DNA of 64,000 nucleotides from Chthonomonas calidirosea (lineage in GTDB: Bacteria; Armatimonadota; Fimbriimonadia; Fimbriimonadales; Fimbriimonadaceae): contig CAMAPH010000002.1 of NCBI GenBank assembly GCA_945859975.1, positions 1-64,000 on the forward strand, in the 5' to 3' direction. The notes beneath the pieces were generated by a model that saw only the letters and a list, made by a program, of their open reading frames with translations, was not told the DNA's origin and did not search any database. The position numbers and the translations under genes are program-made. Positions 1-10,281 of this stretch are shown in pieces. How positions within the stretch are numbered: position 1 is the first letter of the stretch; each line of letters opens with the position of its first letter.

Positions 1-9
1 ATTAAGACG

Positions 10-936
10 TTAGGAACTTGCGTTTTGTACTGGGAAATGGCAAAAGTACCTATGATCGCCATCGCGGGATTCAACGGGATCGGAACTAATGCAAAGCTCC
101 TGCGCGTTTGGACATCTTCCCGCGAAGCGACAACCCGGGAATCTTGTTCGTGGGTCGGGAATCTCACCTTGTGGAGCCTCCGGCAAATGCATCAGCTTTT
201 CGAGGGTCGGTGCAGATTCGAGTAGGGCCCGGGTGTACGGATGCTTTGGCCGATTGAAGACCTCTTCCGTGACCCCTTCCTCCACGATTCGCCCCAAGTA
301 CATCACGGCCACACGGTCTGCAAGGTAGCGAACGGTTGTAAGGTCATGCGAAATGTAGAGGAACGCGCAACCTTCCTGTTGCTGAACGTCTTTCAGCAAG
401 TTCAAAATTTGAGCGCGGATCGAGAGGTCAAGAGCCGCCGTTGGCTCATCGCAAATCACCAAGGGCGGCTTCAGGGCAAGCGCTCGGCCAATGGCAACGC
501 GCTGACGCTGGCCGCCAGAAAGTTGATGCGGATATCGATCTAGGAATCGATCGTCCAATCCGACCTCCTTGAAAATCGTCGCGGCTGATCCTTGCTTCCC
601 GACGATTCGTTGTGGCTCGAGGGCCGACTTGCTGACCGGCCACTTCGGGTTCAAGCTGGCGTAAGGGTCTTGCCAAACCATCCCAACCTTTTCGGCCAAC
701 GCGCGGGAAGCACCCTTCACATTCAGGCCGTCAAGTTCAATTTCCCCAGCCGATAGCGGCTGAAGCCCCAATACAGCGCGGGCCAAAGTCGTTTTTCCGC
801 AGCCCGACTCACCGACAACCGCGACCGTCTCACCTTTGTTAACGCTCAGCGAAACGCCGTCTAGCGCTCGAACGACGCCACCACCAACCGAAAACTCAAC
901 GGATACGTTCGAAATTTGAAGTAGCGGCTTGCTCAA
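10..936 (-). CDS. Oligopeptide/dipeptide ABC transporter ATP-binding subunit (OppF/DppF-like)
   Basis: Walker A GESGCGKTT, LSGGQRQR signature, ICDEPT Walker B, C-terminal HPYT...GCRFAGRC...CHFP. Likely TTG start at 936 after GGAG, overlapping the nadK stop (TTGA). Confidence 0.93.
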   Translation of the reverse strand: MSKPLLQISNVSVEFSVGGGVVRALDGVSLSVNKGETVAVVGESGCGKTTLARAVLGLQPLSAGEIELDGLNVKGASRALAEKVGMVWQDPYASLNPKWPVSKSALEPQRIVGKQGSAATIFKEVGLDDRFLDRYPHQLSGGQRQRVAIGRALALKPPLVICDEPTAALDLSIRAQILNLLKDVQQQEGCAFLYISHDLTTVRYLADRVAVMYLGRIVEEGVTEEVFNRPKHPYTRALLESAPTLEKLMHLPEAPQGEIPDPRTRFPGCRFAGRCPNAQELCISSDPVESRDGDHRYFCHFPVQNASS

Positions 937-1793
937 TTTGGGTCTCCTACCATTCCTTTGCTCCAAAAGAGCCGGTGCCCGAGTTTCAGAAGAAAGTCGT
1001 TATCTGACACGGTCACCAAGTTTGTCACGCGCGGGCTTTGCGTGACACGGACCTCGTCTCCACTCAGCAAGTGCAGCCTAGTTATCGCATCGACAGACAA
1101 CATCGATTCCCCTTCACTGGTCACGCGAAGGCTGATTTCGCTGTCTGGCCGAATTACAAGGGTTCTTGCCGACAGGGTGTGCGGCGCAATTGCGGTCAGG
1201 ACCATGGCCTGCACGTTCGGGTCGAGAATCGGGCCACCTGCCGAAAGATTGTAAGCCGTCGAGCCCGTGGGCGTACTGACCAAGACGCCATCCGCTGGAT
1301 AGCTCGTGAGTTTATGGCCGTCAACCGAAACGCGGAAGGTCATCATTCGCGCCGTGACCGCTCGCTGGAGCGAAACTTCGTTCAGGGCGTGAAGCACGGC
1401 GACCGGAGTGCCCGAACGCATCAAGTTCGCCTGGATCATCATCCGGCTCTCAACTTCACATTCTCCGGCGATAAATGCTTCAACCGTGCGCTTTAGGTCA
1501 TGCGCAGTGCACTGAGTCACAAACCCGAAGCGGCCGAAGTAGACGCCTAGAATTGGGGTGCCCGTAGGAGAGCACAGGTGCGCCGCGCGGATAAGGGTGC
1601 CATCGCCGCCAAAGGCGATGACCAAATCTGCCTGAGGAAACTGATCGTTGGGTAGCGGTGCCAAACCCATCGCCCGGGCCGACTCCGTCTCAAACCCGAT
1701 AGAGTGGCCCAGAGACACCAGCCAATCGCCGGTGTCCTGGGCCGTTTTCAGAGCATCTTTCCGATGGATATTCGCTACGACGTGAATGCGCAA
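933..1793 (-). CDS. nadK: NAD(+) kinase
   Basis: GGDGT, NE and ADG...STPTGSTAYNLSAGGP motifs. Confidence 0.95.
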   Translation of the reverse strand: MRIHVVANIHRKDALKTAQDTGDWLVSLGHSIGFETESARAMGLAPLPNDQFPQADLVIAFGGDGTLIRAAHLCSPTGTPILGVYFGRFGFVTQCTAHDLKRTVEAFIAGECEVESRMMIQANLMRSGTPVAVLHALNEVSLQRAVTARMMTFRVSVDGHKLTSYPADGVLVSTPTGSTAYNLSAGGPILDPNVQAMVLTAIAPHTLSARTLVIRPDSEISLRVTSEGESMLSVDAITRLHLLSGDEVRVTQSPRVTNLVTVSDNDFLLKLGHRLFWSKGMVGDPN

Positions 1794-1794
1794 A

Positions 1795-3282
1795 CTAGCT
1801 AGAGTTTCGCATACGCGCGAGGGCTCGCTTCACTTCAATGTCCTGCGGCGCGATTTTTTGTGCCATCTCAAGGATATCGATGGCCTTTTTCTTCTGTTTC
1901 ATTCGCTCCAGCGTGAACGCAAGGTTCAGGTAGGACGGGATGAATTTCGGATTTGCTTCAATGCTTCCACGGAATGCAGCTTCGCTTTGCGCGTACTTTT
2001 CCATCTGCATGAAGTACAAACCGATCCCGTTTAGAGCGTTTGCGTTCTTCTTGTCCTTAGCGGCGACGAGCTTAAAGTTCGCGTACGCGCCGTCGTAGTC
2101 AGCAATTTCCCACTGAGCGTTCGCCAATTCGAGTCGCAAGTCAGTGCGATTCGGATCGGACTTGATGACTTCTTTCCAGTTCGTCACTGCAACGGCGTAA
2201 TCTCGGTTCTGGGCCGCGGCCGCTCCAAGGTTCAGCTTATGGGTGATCGACTTCGGATCGAGACCGACCAGCTTGCTAAATGTTCGCTGCGCGGCGTCAA
2301 ACTCGGTATCTCGGAACTGTAACATGCCGAGGTTGGTCAGCGTGTCGATGTCTTTGTCGTTGATGGCAAGAGACTTCTGGTAGGCAGCTTTCGCGCCCTT
2401 GACGTCGCCCTGCTGTTGCTTCAAGAAACCAACGTTGTACCAATAAGGGGCATCGTTGATTCTCGCATCGGCTAGGCCCGCGCTGACTCGGCTTGCATCG
2501 GCAAATCGCTTTTCCTTGGCGTAGGCCTCAACCAAAACTTCTCGGCCCGAGACGTCCTGCGGATTTGCGGCAACCGCTCGCTCCAGGAACGGAATGGCGG
2601 CATCAAACTTTCGCTGTCGCATGAACGACATGCCGGCATTTCTCGAGAAAGTGGCGTTGTCTGGTCGCAGGGTTGCCGCTTTCGCGTAAGCCTCGCTCGC
2701 GCCGACGTCGTTCTTCTGCATCTCCTGAGAAATGCCGAAGTTGTTCCAAACGAAAGCATCTTCTGGGTTGAGTTCGCTGGCCCGCTTGAACATGGCCTCG
2801 GCTTGAGCCGTGTCTTGTCGCTCGAGGAAGATGTTTCCGGAGTTGTAGAACGCTTCGAATCGCTTGTCGTCCTTTTCTCGAACGATCTTGTAAACCGCAA
2901 GGGCCTTGTCGTTCTCCTTGGTGGCGGTATATGCCGTGCCCAAGTTGTTCAGGACTTCGATGTCGTTTGGTGACTGCGTTCGCGCAGCTTCGAGGATAGG
3001 CACGGCCTTTGCCGCCTGGTTGTCTCGAACGTACAAGAAGCCAAGCCACGACTTGATCGTGATGGCGCTCGGAGCTTCCACGTACAGGGCTTCAAAAGCG
3101 GCGATCGATTCCTTCAGCTTGCCAGCCTTATACATGTCGCCAGCCTCCGCGACTCGCTTCTCAAGGGTTGTGGCAGCGGCGGCCGGCGGATCCTGCACGA
3201 CCGGGGGCGGCGTCTGAGCCAGACCCACCGTGGCGAGCGAAATCGCAAGCGTTACGATAATTGATTTTTTTAACAAGGACAT
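1795..3282 (-). CDS. Exported tetratricopeptide-repeat protein
   Basis: Signal peptide (MSLLKKSIIVTLAISLATVGLAQ) followed by about 12 TPR-like repeats (NNLG, YNSG, NLG...A...F). Confidence 0.88.
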   Translation of the reverse strand: MSLLKKSIIVTLAISLATVGLAQTPPPVVQDPPAAAATTLEKRVAEAGDMYKAGKLKESIAAFEALYVEAPSAITIKSWLGFLYVRDNQAAKAVPILEAARTQSPNDIEVLNNLGTAYTATKENDKALAVYKIVREKDDKRFEAFYNSGNIFLERQDTAQAEAMFKRASELNPEDAFVWNNFGISQEMQKNDVGASEAYAKAATLRPDNATFSRNAGMSFMRQRKFDAAIPFLERAVAANPQDVSGREVLVEAYAKEKRFADASRVSAGLADARINDAPYWYNVGFLKQQQGDVKGAKAAYQKSLAINDKDIDTLTNLGMLQFRDTEFDAAQRTFSKLVGLDPKSITHKLNLGAAAAQNRDYAVAVTNWKEVIKSDPNRTDLRLELANAQWEIADYDGAYANFKLVAAKDKKNANALNGIGLYFMQMEKYAQSEAAFRGSIEANPKFIPSYLNLAFTLERMKQKKKAIDILEMAQKIAPQDIEVKRALARMRNSS

Positions 3283-3291
3283 ACACGTTGC

Positions 3292-5523
3292 CTACCCACG
3301 CATTAAAACCTGAATTTGACGGAAGAAGGGATCACGTAAATCCGTGATAGGCACGGCAACACGATCAACCTCACCCACGAATTCTAGTAATTCTACGGGT
3401 GCCAGTTTACCGATGGCCGTCGTGATCAGCCCGTATTTGGCGGCGAGAGCTTGTAGCACGTTTGTGTCGTTCGTCCCAATCAAGACGGTTCCTGGCACTT
3501 CCGCGAACAATTCGGTTGCGCTCGGGTTGAGATTGAAGGCTCCGCCAAGGCCACTTCTGATGGCGATTTTGGCCAGAGCGACGCCAATTCCCCCGACCGA
3601 AACGTTGTGTGCAGAGGCCAGGATCGCCCCACTTGCCGCTTCTACAAGGAAGCCGTGAAGAGATCGTTCTCCTGCGATATTCGGCATTTCTGGATAGCCC
3701 GTTTCAAGACCGTGAACGGTCGAAAGAAATGCGGATGCGCCAAGCCCGAGCTGGCTTGAGACGGAAAACGGAACCTGGACCAAAACCAATTCACACGCCT
3801 CAGTCGGATAACTCGGCACCGCGTCTTTGGCCGATTCCAAGATTCCAAGCATTCCGATCAGCGGCGTCGGCAAAACCTCGCCCAAATCGCTTTCGTTGTA
3901 GAACGACACGTTGCCACTGATGACCGGCGTTTCGAACTCTTCGCAGGCGTCAGCAATGCCCCGGACCGCCCCATCGAACTGCCAGTACACGTGAGGATGC
4001 TGCGGATTGCCGAAATTGAGGCCATCTGTAACCGCCGTAGGCATCGCGCCGGTACAAGCGACGTTCCTTGCCGTTTCCGCCACGGCGTTGATCGCTCCGA
4101 TGTACGGATGCAAATACACCTGGCGGGCGTTACCTTTCAGAGATAGCGAAATTCCCTTCTCCGTACCTCGTGGCGCGATTACGCCAGCATCGCCACGGGC
4201 AAATCCGAGGACGGTTTGGGTTTGGACTTGCTGGTCGTACTGATGATCGACCCACTGCTTGCTCGCAATTTCGGGCGAGGCCAGCAGCTTCTTGAGTGCT
4301 TCAACAAGGCCAACTTCTGGCAAGGCTGCGGGATCAAAGTTAGCCGCTTCTCGGAAGTACTCCGGCTCCACGGGTTCATTGGAGTAGGTCGGGCATTCAT
4401 CGGCAAGTGCGTTCGGAAAAACTGAGGCCTCAACCACCCCGTGTCGCGTGACGGTGACCACACGCTCTGCTGTGACATGACCAATGACTTCGGCATGGAC
4501 TCCCCACTTTCGGAACACGTCGAGCACTTCCTGCTCTCGACCAAGTTCTGCCACGGCCAGCATCCGCTCTTGGCTTTCGCTGAGCATTAGCTCGTAGGCA
4601 GTCATGTCCGACTCCCGCATCGGGACTTTGTCGAGGTCAACCGTCATCCCTACCTCGCCCTTGGCGGCCATTTCGATGGTTGAGCAGGTCAATCCCGCCG
4701 CGCCCATGTCCTGGATAGCAACAATCGCTCCGGTCTGGAGGGCTTCAAGCGTAGCTTCAATCAATTGCTTTTCGGCAAACGGATCGCCGATTTGAACGTT
4801 CGGTCGCTTGTCTTCATTGTCTTCGCCGAGGGCGTCGCTGGCGAAGGTTGCGCCATGAATGCCGTCTTTTCCGGTTGCCGAGCCGAGATAGATGACCGGA
4901 TTCCCTACTCCGCTTGCGGCGGCCGTTGTGATCTCGGCAAGCGGCAAAATGCCAACGCACATTGCATTGACCAGCGGATTTCCGCTGTAGCGGGGGTGGA
5001 AGCCGATTTCGTTGTCCAATGTCGGTACGCCGACGCAGTTTCCGTAGCCGGCAATTCCGGAGACCACGTGCTCAAACAGATACTTGTTTCGAGCAACGAC
5101 CTCGCCTGGAGCCTTGCCATCTTCAAGGGGTCCGAAACGCAAAGAATTCAATGCCGCGATGGGCCGTGCGCCCATTGTGAGAATGTCGCGGATGATGCCG
5201 CCAACGCCGGTTGCCGCGCCTTGATATGGCTCGACTGCGCTGGGGTGGTTGTGCGATTCCACCTTCATCGTGATCCCGAGCCCGTCGCCGATATCGACGA
5301 TGCCCGCATTCTCGAGCCCTGCCCCTTCCATCGCCTCTCGGTACTTCTTGAAGTAAGCCAATACCGGTCGCGAGTACTTATAGCCGCAGTGCTCACTCCA
5401 CATCACCGCATACATGCCCAATTCGGTGAGCGACGGTTCCCGTCCCAACTTTTCAAGAATCAGCGAGTACTCGAAGTCGTTCAAGCCCATCGACTTGTAG
5501 ACTTCAGGGGTAATGGCGGGCAT
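3292..5523 (-). CDS. purL: Phosphoribosylformylglycinamidine synthase subunit PurL
   Basis: MWSEHC, KVESHNHPS, GAATGVGGIIRDI, DMGAAGL, SESQERM, GNVSFYNE motifs. Confidence 0.98.
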   Translation of the reverse strand: MPAITPEVYKSMGLNDFEYSLILEKLGREPSLTELGMYAVMWSEHCGYKYSRPVLAYFKKYREAMEGAGLENAGIVDIGDGLGITMKVESHNHPSAVEPYQGAATGVGGIIRDILTMGARPIAALNSLRFGPLEDGKAPGEVVARNKYLFEHVVSGIAGYGNCVGVPTLDNEIGFHPRYSGNPLVNAMCVGILPLAEITTAAASGVGNPVIYLGSATGKDGIHGATFASDALGEDNEDKRPNVQIGDPFAEKQLIEATLEALQTGAIVAIQDMGAAGLTCSTIEMAAKGEVGMTVDLDKVPMRESDMTAYELMLSESQERMLAVAELGREQEVLDVFRKWGVHAEVIGHVTAERVVTVTRHGVVEASVFPNALADECPTYSNEPVEPEYFREAANFDPAALPEVGLVEALKKLLASPEIASKQWVDHQYDQQVQTQTVLGFARGDAGVIAPRGTEKGISLSLKGNARQVYLHPYIGAINAVAETARNVACTGAMPTAVTDGLNFGNPQHPHVYWQFDGAVRGIADACEEFETPVISGNVSFYNESDLGEVLPTPLIGMLGILESAKDAVPSYPTEACELVLVQVPFSVSSQLGLGASAFLSTVHGLETGYPEMPNIAGERSLHGFLVEAASGAILASAHNVSVGGIGVALAKIAIRSGLGGAFNLNPSATELFAEVPGTVLIGTNDTNVLQALAAKYGLITTAIGKLAPVELLEFVGEVDRVAVPITDLRDPFFRQIQVLMRG

Positions 5524-5905
5524 GGGGAGAAGTATATCGGTTGTGGGCGGGCGAGCCGTCTCACTCGTGCTACTTGTAGCGTTCGGCGCATGTAACTCCG
5601 TGTCTCCGTTCGCAGGAAAATGGGAAGGAAAACGAAGCCTGGATTTTATGCCGAATACGGACCCGTCGATTCAATACACGGCCGCACGCGTGGAGCTGAC
5701 AGTGTCACCAGATGGTCGCTTCACCCTTGTTGATCGCAGTTTGCCGCTCGAAGGACAGATCGAACCCGATGGCACACTGAAGATTGAGCAAATGAACGGG
5801 CGACCCGCGGAAGTTAAGGCCCCGGCAAAGCTCTCCCGTACAGGCGAGACGCTCCGACTTGAGTTCGAAGGATCGATTGAATTACGGCAAATGAGCCTGA
5901 AATGA
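5513..5905 (+). CDS. Hypothetical lipoprotein
   Basis: Hydrophobic stretch ending in lipobox-like FGAC, then a beta-rich domain. Start uncertain, probably downstream of 5513 because the ORF overlaps the purL start. Confidence 0.55.
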   Translation: MAGMGRSISVVGGRAVSLVLLVAFGACNSVSPFAGKWEGKRSLDFMPNTDPSIQYTAARVELTVSPDGRFTLVDRSLPLEGQIEPDGTLKIEQMNGRPAEVKAPAKLSRTGETLRLEFEGSIELRQMSLK

Positions 5906-5950
5906 AATTCGCGCAACCTGCCTGCACGCTCAGACGTACCTTCATCATCT

Positions 5951-6505
5951 ATGTGGGCAGTATTAGTGTTTCTCGCGGTGATCGTCGCACTTGTGATTTT
6001 TGGCATCTCGGCCTACAACGGCCTGGTTCGCCTACGACGCGAAACCGAGAACGCATTTAGCCAGATCGACGTTCAACTCAAGCGTCGCTACGACGTGATC
6101 CCGAACCTCGTCGAAACGGTCAAGGGATACATGAAGCACGAGCAGGACACGCTTGAGCGAGTCATCTCCGCCCGAAACCGTGCGCTTGGCGCCAACACCG
6201 TTGGCGAAAAGGCAGCCGCCGAAGGCCAGGTCGCTTCGGCTCTGACCGGCCTCTTTGCCCTCTCTGAGGCGTATCCAGAGCTCCGAAGCAACGAGAACAT
6301 GCTCTCGCTTCAGGAAGAACTGAAGAGCACGGAAAACAAGATTTCCTTCGCTCGCCAGTACTACAACAACACGGTCACTTCGTACAACACGAAGATTGAG
6401 ACGTTCCCAAGCAACATCATCGCGAACTCCAGCGGCTTCAAGCCAAAGGACCTCTTCGAGATCGAAGATCCGATCGAACGACAGAACGTCAAAGTTTCGT
6501 TCTAA
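5951..6505 (+). CDS. lemA: LemA family protein
   Basis: N-terminal TM, YNGLV, IDVQLKRRYD.IPNLV, EAYPEL, TENKI.FARQYYN. Confidence 0.95.
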   Translation: MWAVLVFLAVIVALVIFGISAYNGLVRLRRETENAFSQIDVQLKRRYDVIPNLVETVKGYMKHEQDTLERVISARNRALGANTVGEKAAAEGQVASALTGLFALSEAYPELRSNENMLSLQEELKSTENKISFARQYYNNTVTSYNTKIETFPSNIIANSSGFKPKDLFEIEDPIERQNVKVSF

Positions 6506-6546
6506 ACGGTCACCACGTTTCGGCGTAGTTTCGTTACACTGAGGGA

Positions 6547-7794
6547 ATGGCATCGTCTGCGGCACAACGGCGTCCGGTGAGTCGGCTCCAGCGGACGATA
6601 CGTTCCCTCTTGGTGATTTCGGGCATCGGAATAACCCTCGCGCTGATCAACACGTTCACCCTGCAATCCGACATCCGCACTGCAGTTGGGCCAGAGTCGG
6701 ACGGTCAGAAGCAGTTCTTTATCGCCGCGGCTGACCGACCCGACGTTGCGGTGTTCTTCAAGAATCTCAAGCCGGAGGAACGGATCTCCGTGGCACGGAA
6801 CATCGCCCGCTACGATGATCCAAAACTGGCGACCTTGATTGCAAAACTGCTCGCCGACTTCGATGTCGAGGCTCGTGCAGAGCTCGGAAAGTCGCTGACG
6901 AAGCTCGCAAAGACCCAGCCTCAAGCGGTCGCCGACCAGCTCAAAGAGCGTGGCAGCTTCCAGCAGCTTGCCATCACGCAGTCCATCCAAACCCTTGGCT
7001 CCAGCGCAATTCCCTTCGTGATCAAAACTCTGGAAGTCGCGGATGCCCGAACAAATGCTGTGAGCTTTCTGGTCTCGCAGGGGACACCTTCCGTGCCGGC
7101 TCTGATGCCGTTGTTGAAGGGCGAGAACAAAGATATCGTCCTAAGTGCAGCCGATGCCCTTGGGAAGCTGAAAGCGCAAGAAGCTTCCCCCCAGCTACAA
7201 GAGCTTTACAAGGAGGCGATTCCCGCCGATCGGGCGGCATTCCTGACCGCGCTCAGCAGCATCGGCGATCCACGTAATGAGTTCATTTTCCGCGAAGTGC
7301 TTTCCAACGCGAAGGAGCCACTTCCCCTTCGATCGCAATCGGCACTGGGACTCGGGCGAATTGGATCTCCGTCCGCAACGAGGCTGCTCTGGCAATACGC
7401 GTACTCCGATGAACGCGAGCTTGCAAACAGTTCTATTAGTGGACTTCAGTTCTCTGGCGACCCTGCGCTTACAGAGAGGACGACGTTCGACTTGGTTACG
7501 GCAAAAGTCGCGTCTGGCATCACGGGCCCTAGCGCCGATCGCGCTCTGTCGCAAGCCCTTAGCAATCCGAGCATTGCGGCCGAAGTTGCGAAGCTCTGCA
7601 CCGAGCGACCGACGCTGGTTCCCGCACTAATGGCTACTTTGCAGAAGCTCGAACTTTCGGAGCAAGGTGATCTGGCGGACGCCGTATTGCGATCGCTTTT
7701 GACGACCGATATCGGTCGCGCAAAGGTTGCTGCTCTCAAGTCAAACGACCCGATTCTTGCCGCCTTAGTTGCTCGGCGGGAAAACGGCGTCTAA
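6547..7794 (+). CDS. Membrane-anchored HEAT-repeat protein
   Basis: Single N-terminal TM; repeated AA.ALG.L/I HEAT-like helices. Confidence 0.8.
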   Translation: MASSAAQRRPVSRLQRTIRSLLVISGIGITLALINTFTLQSDIRTAVGPESDGQKQFFIAAADRPDVAVFFKNLKPEERISVARNIARYDDPKLATLIAKLLADFDVEARAELGKSLTKLAKTQPQAVADQLKERGSFQQLAITQSIQTLGSSAIPFVIKTLEVADARTNAVSFLVSQGTPSVPALMPLLKGENKDIVLSAADALGKLKAQEASPQLQELYKEAIPADRAAFLTALSSIGDPRNEFIFREVLSNAKEPLPLRSQSALGLGRIGSPSATRLLWQYAYSDERELANSSISGLQFSGDPALTERTTFDLVTAKVASGITGPSADRALSQALSNPSIAAEVAKLCTERPTLVPALMATLQKLELSEQGDLADAVLRSLLTTDIGRAKVAALKSNDPILAALVARRENGV

Positions 7795-7803
7795 GTCGCT
7801 TGT

Positions 7804-8898
7804 TTAGATCCCGGATCGGGACAGGCGTGGAACGCTTCCCGACAGGATTCGTGCCCGTCTGGCACGATCGATGCTCATGGCATCGACTTCTTTCTCGAAC
7901 GACCGGAACCCAGCAAGGTCGAAGCCATGCTTCTCGGCCAAACCGGAGATCTGCGTGACCTGTTCAAGGCTCACGTCTTTACCGAGTGTAAAGCTGTAGA
8001 GGTCAGGGTTGCCTTCCAGAGAAAGCATCATGGTCTCGCTCATGCAGGCATAGGCGGTTTCGGGTGGGAAACCAAAGTCGAAGTTGAAGTTGACGTTGCC
8101 CGGAACTTTGACGACGCCGCCTTCGATGACCAAAACGTCGGGTCGCTCTTTGGCAACTCGGACCGATACATCGCGGGGTCGCGCAACATCGCACACAATC
8201 GCACCTTGCTTGAAATGTTCTGGCAAGAGAATCGCCGAATCGGATGAAGTTACTGCGATGACCGCATCGGCCTCGCGAATGCGCGAAACCTCAGTAGTCG
8301 CAATCGCGCCGGGAATTTCGCTGGCGACTTGTTCCGTCCGTTCCTGATCTCGTCCGACCAGGAGCACTTGCCCAAACTGCGGAGCGAGGGCGCGTGCGCA
8401 AGTTTTGCCGATTGCACCGGTTGCTCCGACGACGGCGAGCACCGCTTGGCTAGTGTCAATCTCAAGGAGCCGGCAAGCTCGGATCGTGCCTTCGATCGCG
8501 GTTGCGACGGTATAGCTGTTTCCCGTGGTTACCGCAATCTTCGATCGCTCACGGATCGTAATTCCGCCGTCACCAACCACGCTTGTGAACGCACCAAGGC
8601 CAACGAGGTCTGCGCCTAGATCGGCCGCCATGTCGGTGCACTGGACGAGTCGGTCATAGACCAGCTCTAGCGGAAGCTTTTGCGTCATCTGGGCCGGGGT
8701 GAGGGGACAGCCAATGAACCAACCTTCGGCTTCGGCACCGGTCTTCGACTTGATTCCGGAGATCTTGCTGACCAAGATCGGCCCTTTGCGGGCGGTGTAC
8801 ATTTCAATGAGCCAATCCGGCATATGCCGCGCCATCGGATACTGCTTCGCAATGTCCTTAGGATGGAGCGGATGGATGATAAATGCGAATCGGTTCAC
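7804..8898 (-). CDS. COG5322-type NAD(P)-dependent reductase (acyl-ACP/thioester reductase-like; often auto-annotated shikimate dehydrogenase)
   Basis: FAFIIHP, LGAFTSVV, TTGNSYT, Rossmann VVGATGAIG, DVARPRDV, YACMSET. Confidence 0.8.
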   Translation of the reverse strand: MNRFAFIIHPLHPKDIAKQYPMARHMPDWLIEMYTARKGPILVSKISGIKSKTGAEAEGWFIGCPLTPAQMTQKLPLELVYDRLVQCTDMAADLGADLVGLGAFTSVVGDGGITIRERSKIAVTTGNSYTVATAIEGTIRACRLLEIDTSQAVLAVVGATGAIGKTCARALAPQFGQVLLVGRDQERTEQVASEIPGAIATTEVSRIREADAVIAVTSSDSAILLPEHFKQGAIVCDVARPRDVSVRVAKERPDVLVIEGGVVKVPGNVNFNFDFGFPPETAYACMSETMMLSLEGNPDLYSFTLGKDVSLEQVTQISGLAEKHGFDLAGFRSFEKEVDAMSIDRARRARILSGSVPRLSRSGI

Positions 8899-8954
8899 GT
8901 TAAGAAACTGTTAACTCCTTGAATGTACCACAGGGGCAAGTACACGGTTGGCGG

Positions 8955-9863
8955 TTAGGCTGCTAGGTTGATGACGCCCGGTTTCCAGCCCATTTCTCTG
9001 ATCACCGTGCGATAGTCTGCCTGGGTGATTTCAGAGGGATTTTTGCCCAAGTGAGCGACGACCACTCCTTCCATGACGTTCGTTGCGAAGGTTGCATTCC
9101 CGATTAGTGGAGTGGTCGTGACCAGTTGCCTTACCTCCATGGTTTGCAGCAGTTTGACGTCCGCCTCTCGAACGGTCTGCGTGATCACGGTTTTTCCGGC
9201 CAAGTTGTCTGGAGCAAAGCGCCGAATAAAGTGCCAATCTCCCGCAATGATCTCCGCTTCGGCAAAGTACTGACCGAACTTTGGGGTTCGAACCTTCTGC
9301 TTGTCACCGGTTGGATATATCCATTTCAGAGGCAATCGCGTGACGACGGGCAGCAAGATTCGGGCGAGCCGTTCGAGCCGGTCAATCGAGCGAATGGGCA
9401 CGTTCAATCCGAGTCCAAACATCATGTCGCCGAATGTGACATCCGCCCCGATCTCGGTGAGCGCCTGCGTCATTCCAGATCGATCCACGCCTGCGACGAG
9501 GAGCGTTTTTGCCTTGCGGAAGTCCACAACCCCTTCCTGCTGTAGCCACTGAATCGTGTCGTATTCGAGCGTGTTCTTCAAACCTGAACCGTCGACGAGA
9601 GGCGTCTTTTGAACCGCCCGCGTCAGCTTCTCGATTTGCTTGAAGGTGTACCGACGGCCGCCGCTAAACACGTAGAGGTCCGCACCACCGATTCCCAGCG
9701 CATCCACTTGCCCATCCAGCTCCTCGAAACGACGAGCAAAACGCGACAAGTCACCATCCACACCTTCCCGCACCAGTTCGAAGGTGTCGCCAAGCAGGTG
9801 CACGGTTTGGGTCAGATCGCGCTCAGATGTTCCAAGGCTGATCGAAACAATACGCTTGCTCAA
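8955..9863 (-). CDS. Conserved uncharacterised protein (family often auto-annotated 'quinate 5-dehydrogenase')
   Basis: VSISLG..ERD, GIGGADLY, DGSGLKNTLE, FGDMMFGLG, TTP......FATNVMEG; lies directly upstream of the COG5322 gene. Confidence 0.7.
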   Translation of the reverse strand: MSKRIVSISLGTSERDLTQTVHLLGDTFELVREGVDGDLSRFARRFEELDGQVDALGIGGADLYVFSGGRRYTFKQIEKLTRAVQKTPLVDGSGLKNTLEYDTIQWLQQEGVVDFRKAKTLLVAGVDRSGMTQALTEIGADVTFGDMMFGLGLNVPIRSIDRLERLARILLPVVTRLPLKWIYPTGDKQKVRTPKFGQYFAEAEIIAGDWHFIRRFAPDNLAGKTVITQTVREADVKLLQTMEVRQLVTTTPLIGNATFATNVMEGVVVAHLGKNPSEITQADYRTVIREMGWKPGVINLAA

Positions 9864-10240
9864 AATACAGCGATGGCTTCGATTTCGATGTCGGCACCCT
9901 TGGGTAGTCCGGCTACCGCGTAGGTCGCCCTTGCCGGAGGTACGTCTCCGAAGTAGGTTGCATAGACTTCGTTAACCGCGGCGAAGTGTTCCATTGAAGA
10001 AAGCAAGATGGTGGTTTTCACGATGTTATCCATCGAAAGACCTTCGGCTTCAAGTACCGCTCTCAGATTGTTAAGGCTTTGGGTGGCCTGAAGTTTGATA
10101 TCGCCCGTAATGAGTTCGCCTGCCGGGGTGAGAGGGACCTGTCCGCTCAGGAAAATAAAGTTTCCGCTTGCCTTGATCGCTTGGCTGTATGGGCCGATTG
10201 CGGCCGGAGCGTTTGGAGTCGAAATCGCATCACGCGTCAT
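9860..10240 (-). CDS. ridA: RidA/YjgF family enamine/imine deaminase
   Basis: APAAIGPYSQA, SGQVP, PPARA, LPKGADIEIEAIA. Confidence 0.95.
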   Translation of the reverse strand: MTRDAISTPNAPAAIGPYSQAIKASGNFIFLSGQVPLTPAGELITGDIKLQATQSLNNLRAVLEAEGLSMDNIVKTTILLSSMEHFAAVNEVYATYFGDVPPARATYAVAGLPKGADIEIEAIAVF

Positions 10241-10281
10241 GCCTGCAGGTTACCTAGCAGAATCTGTCATACTGTGATCCA

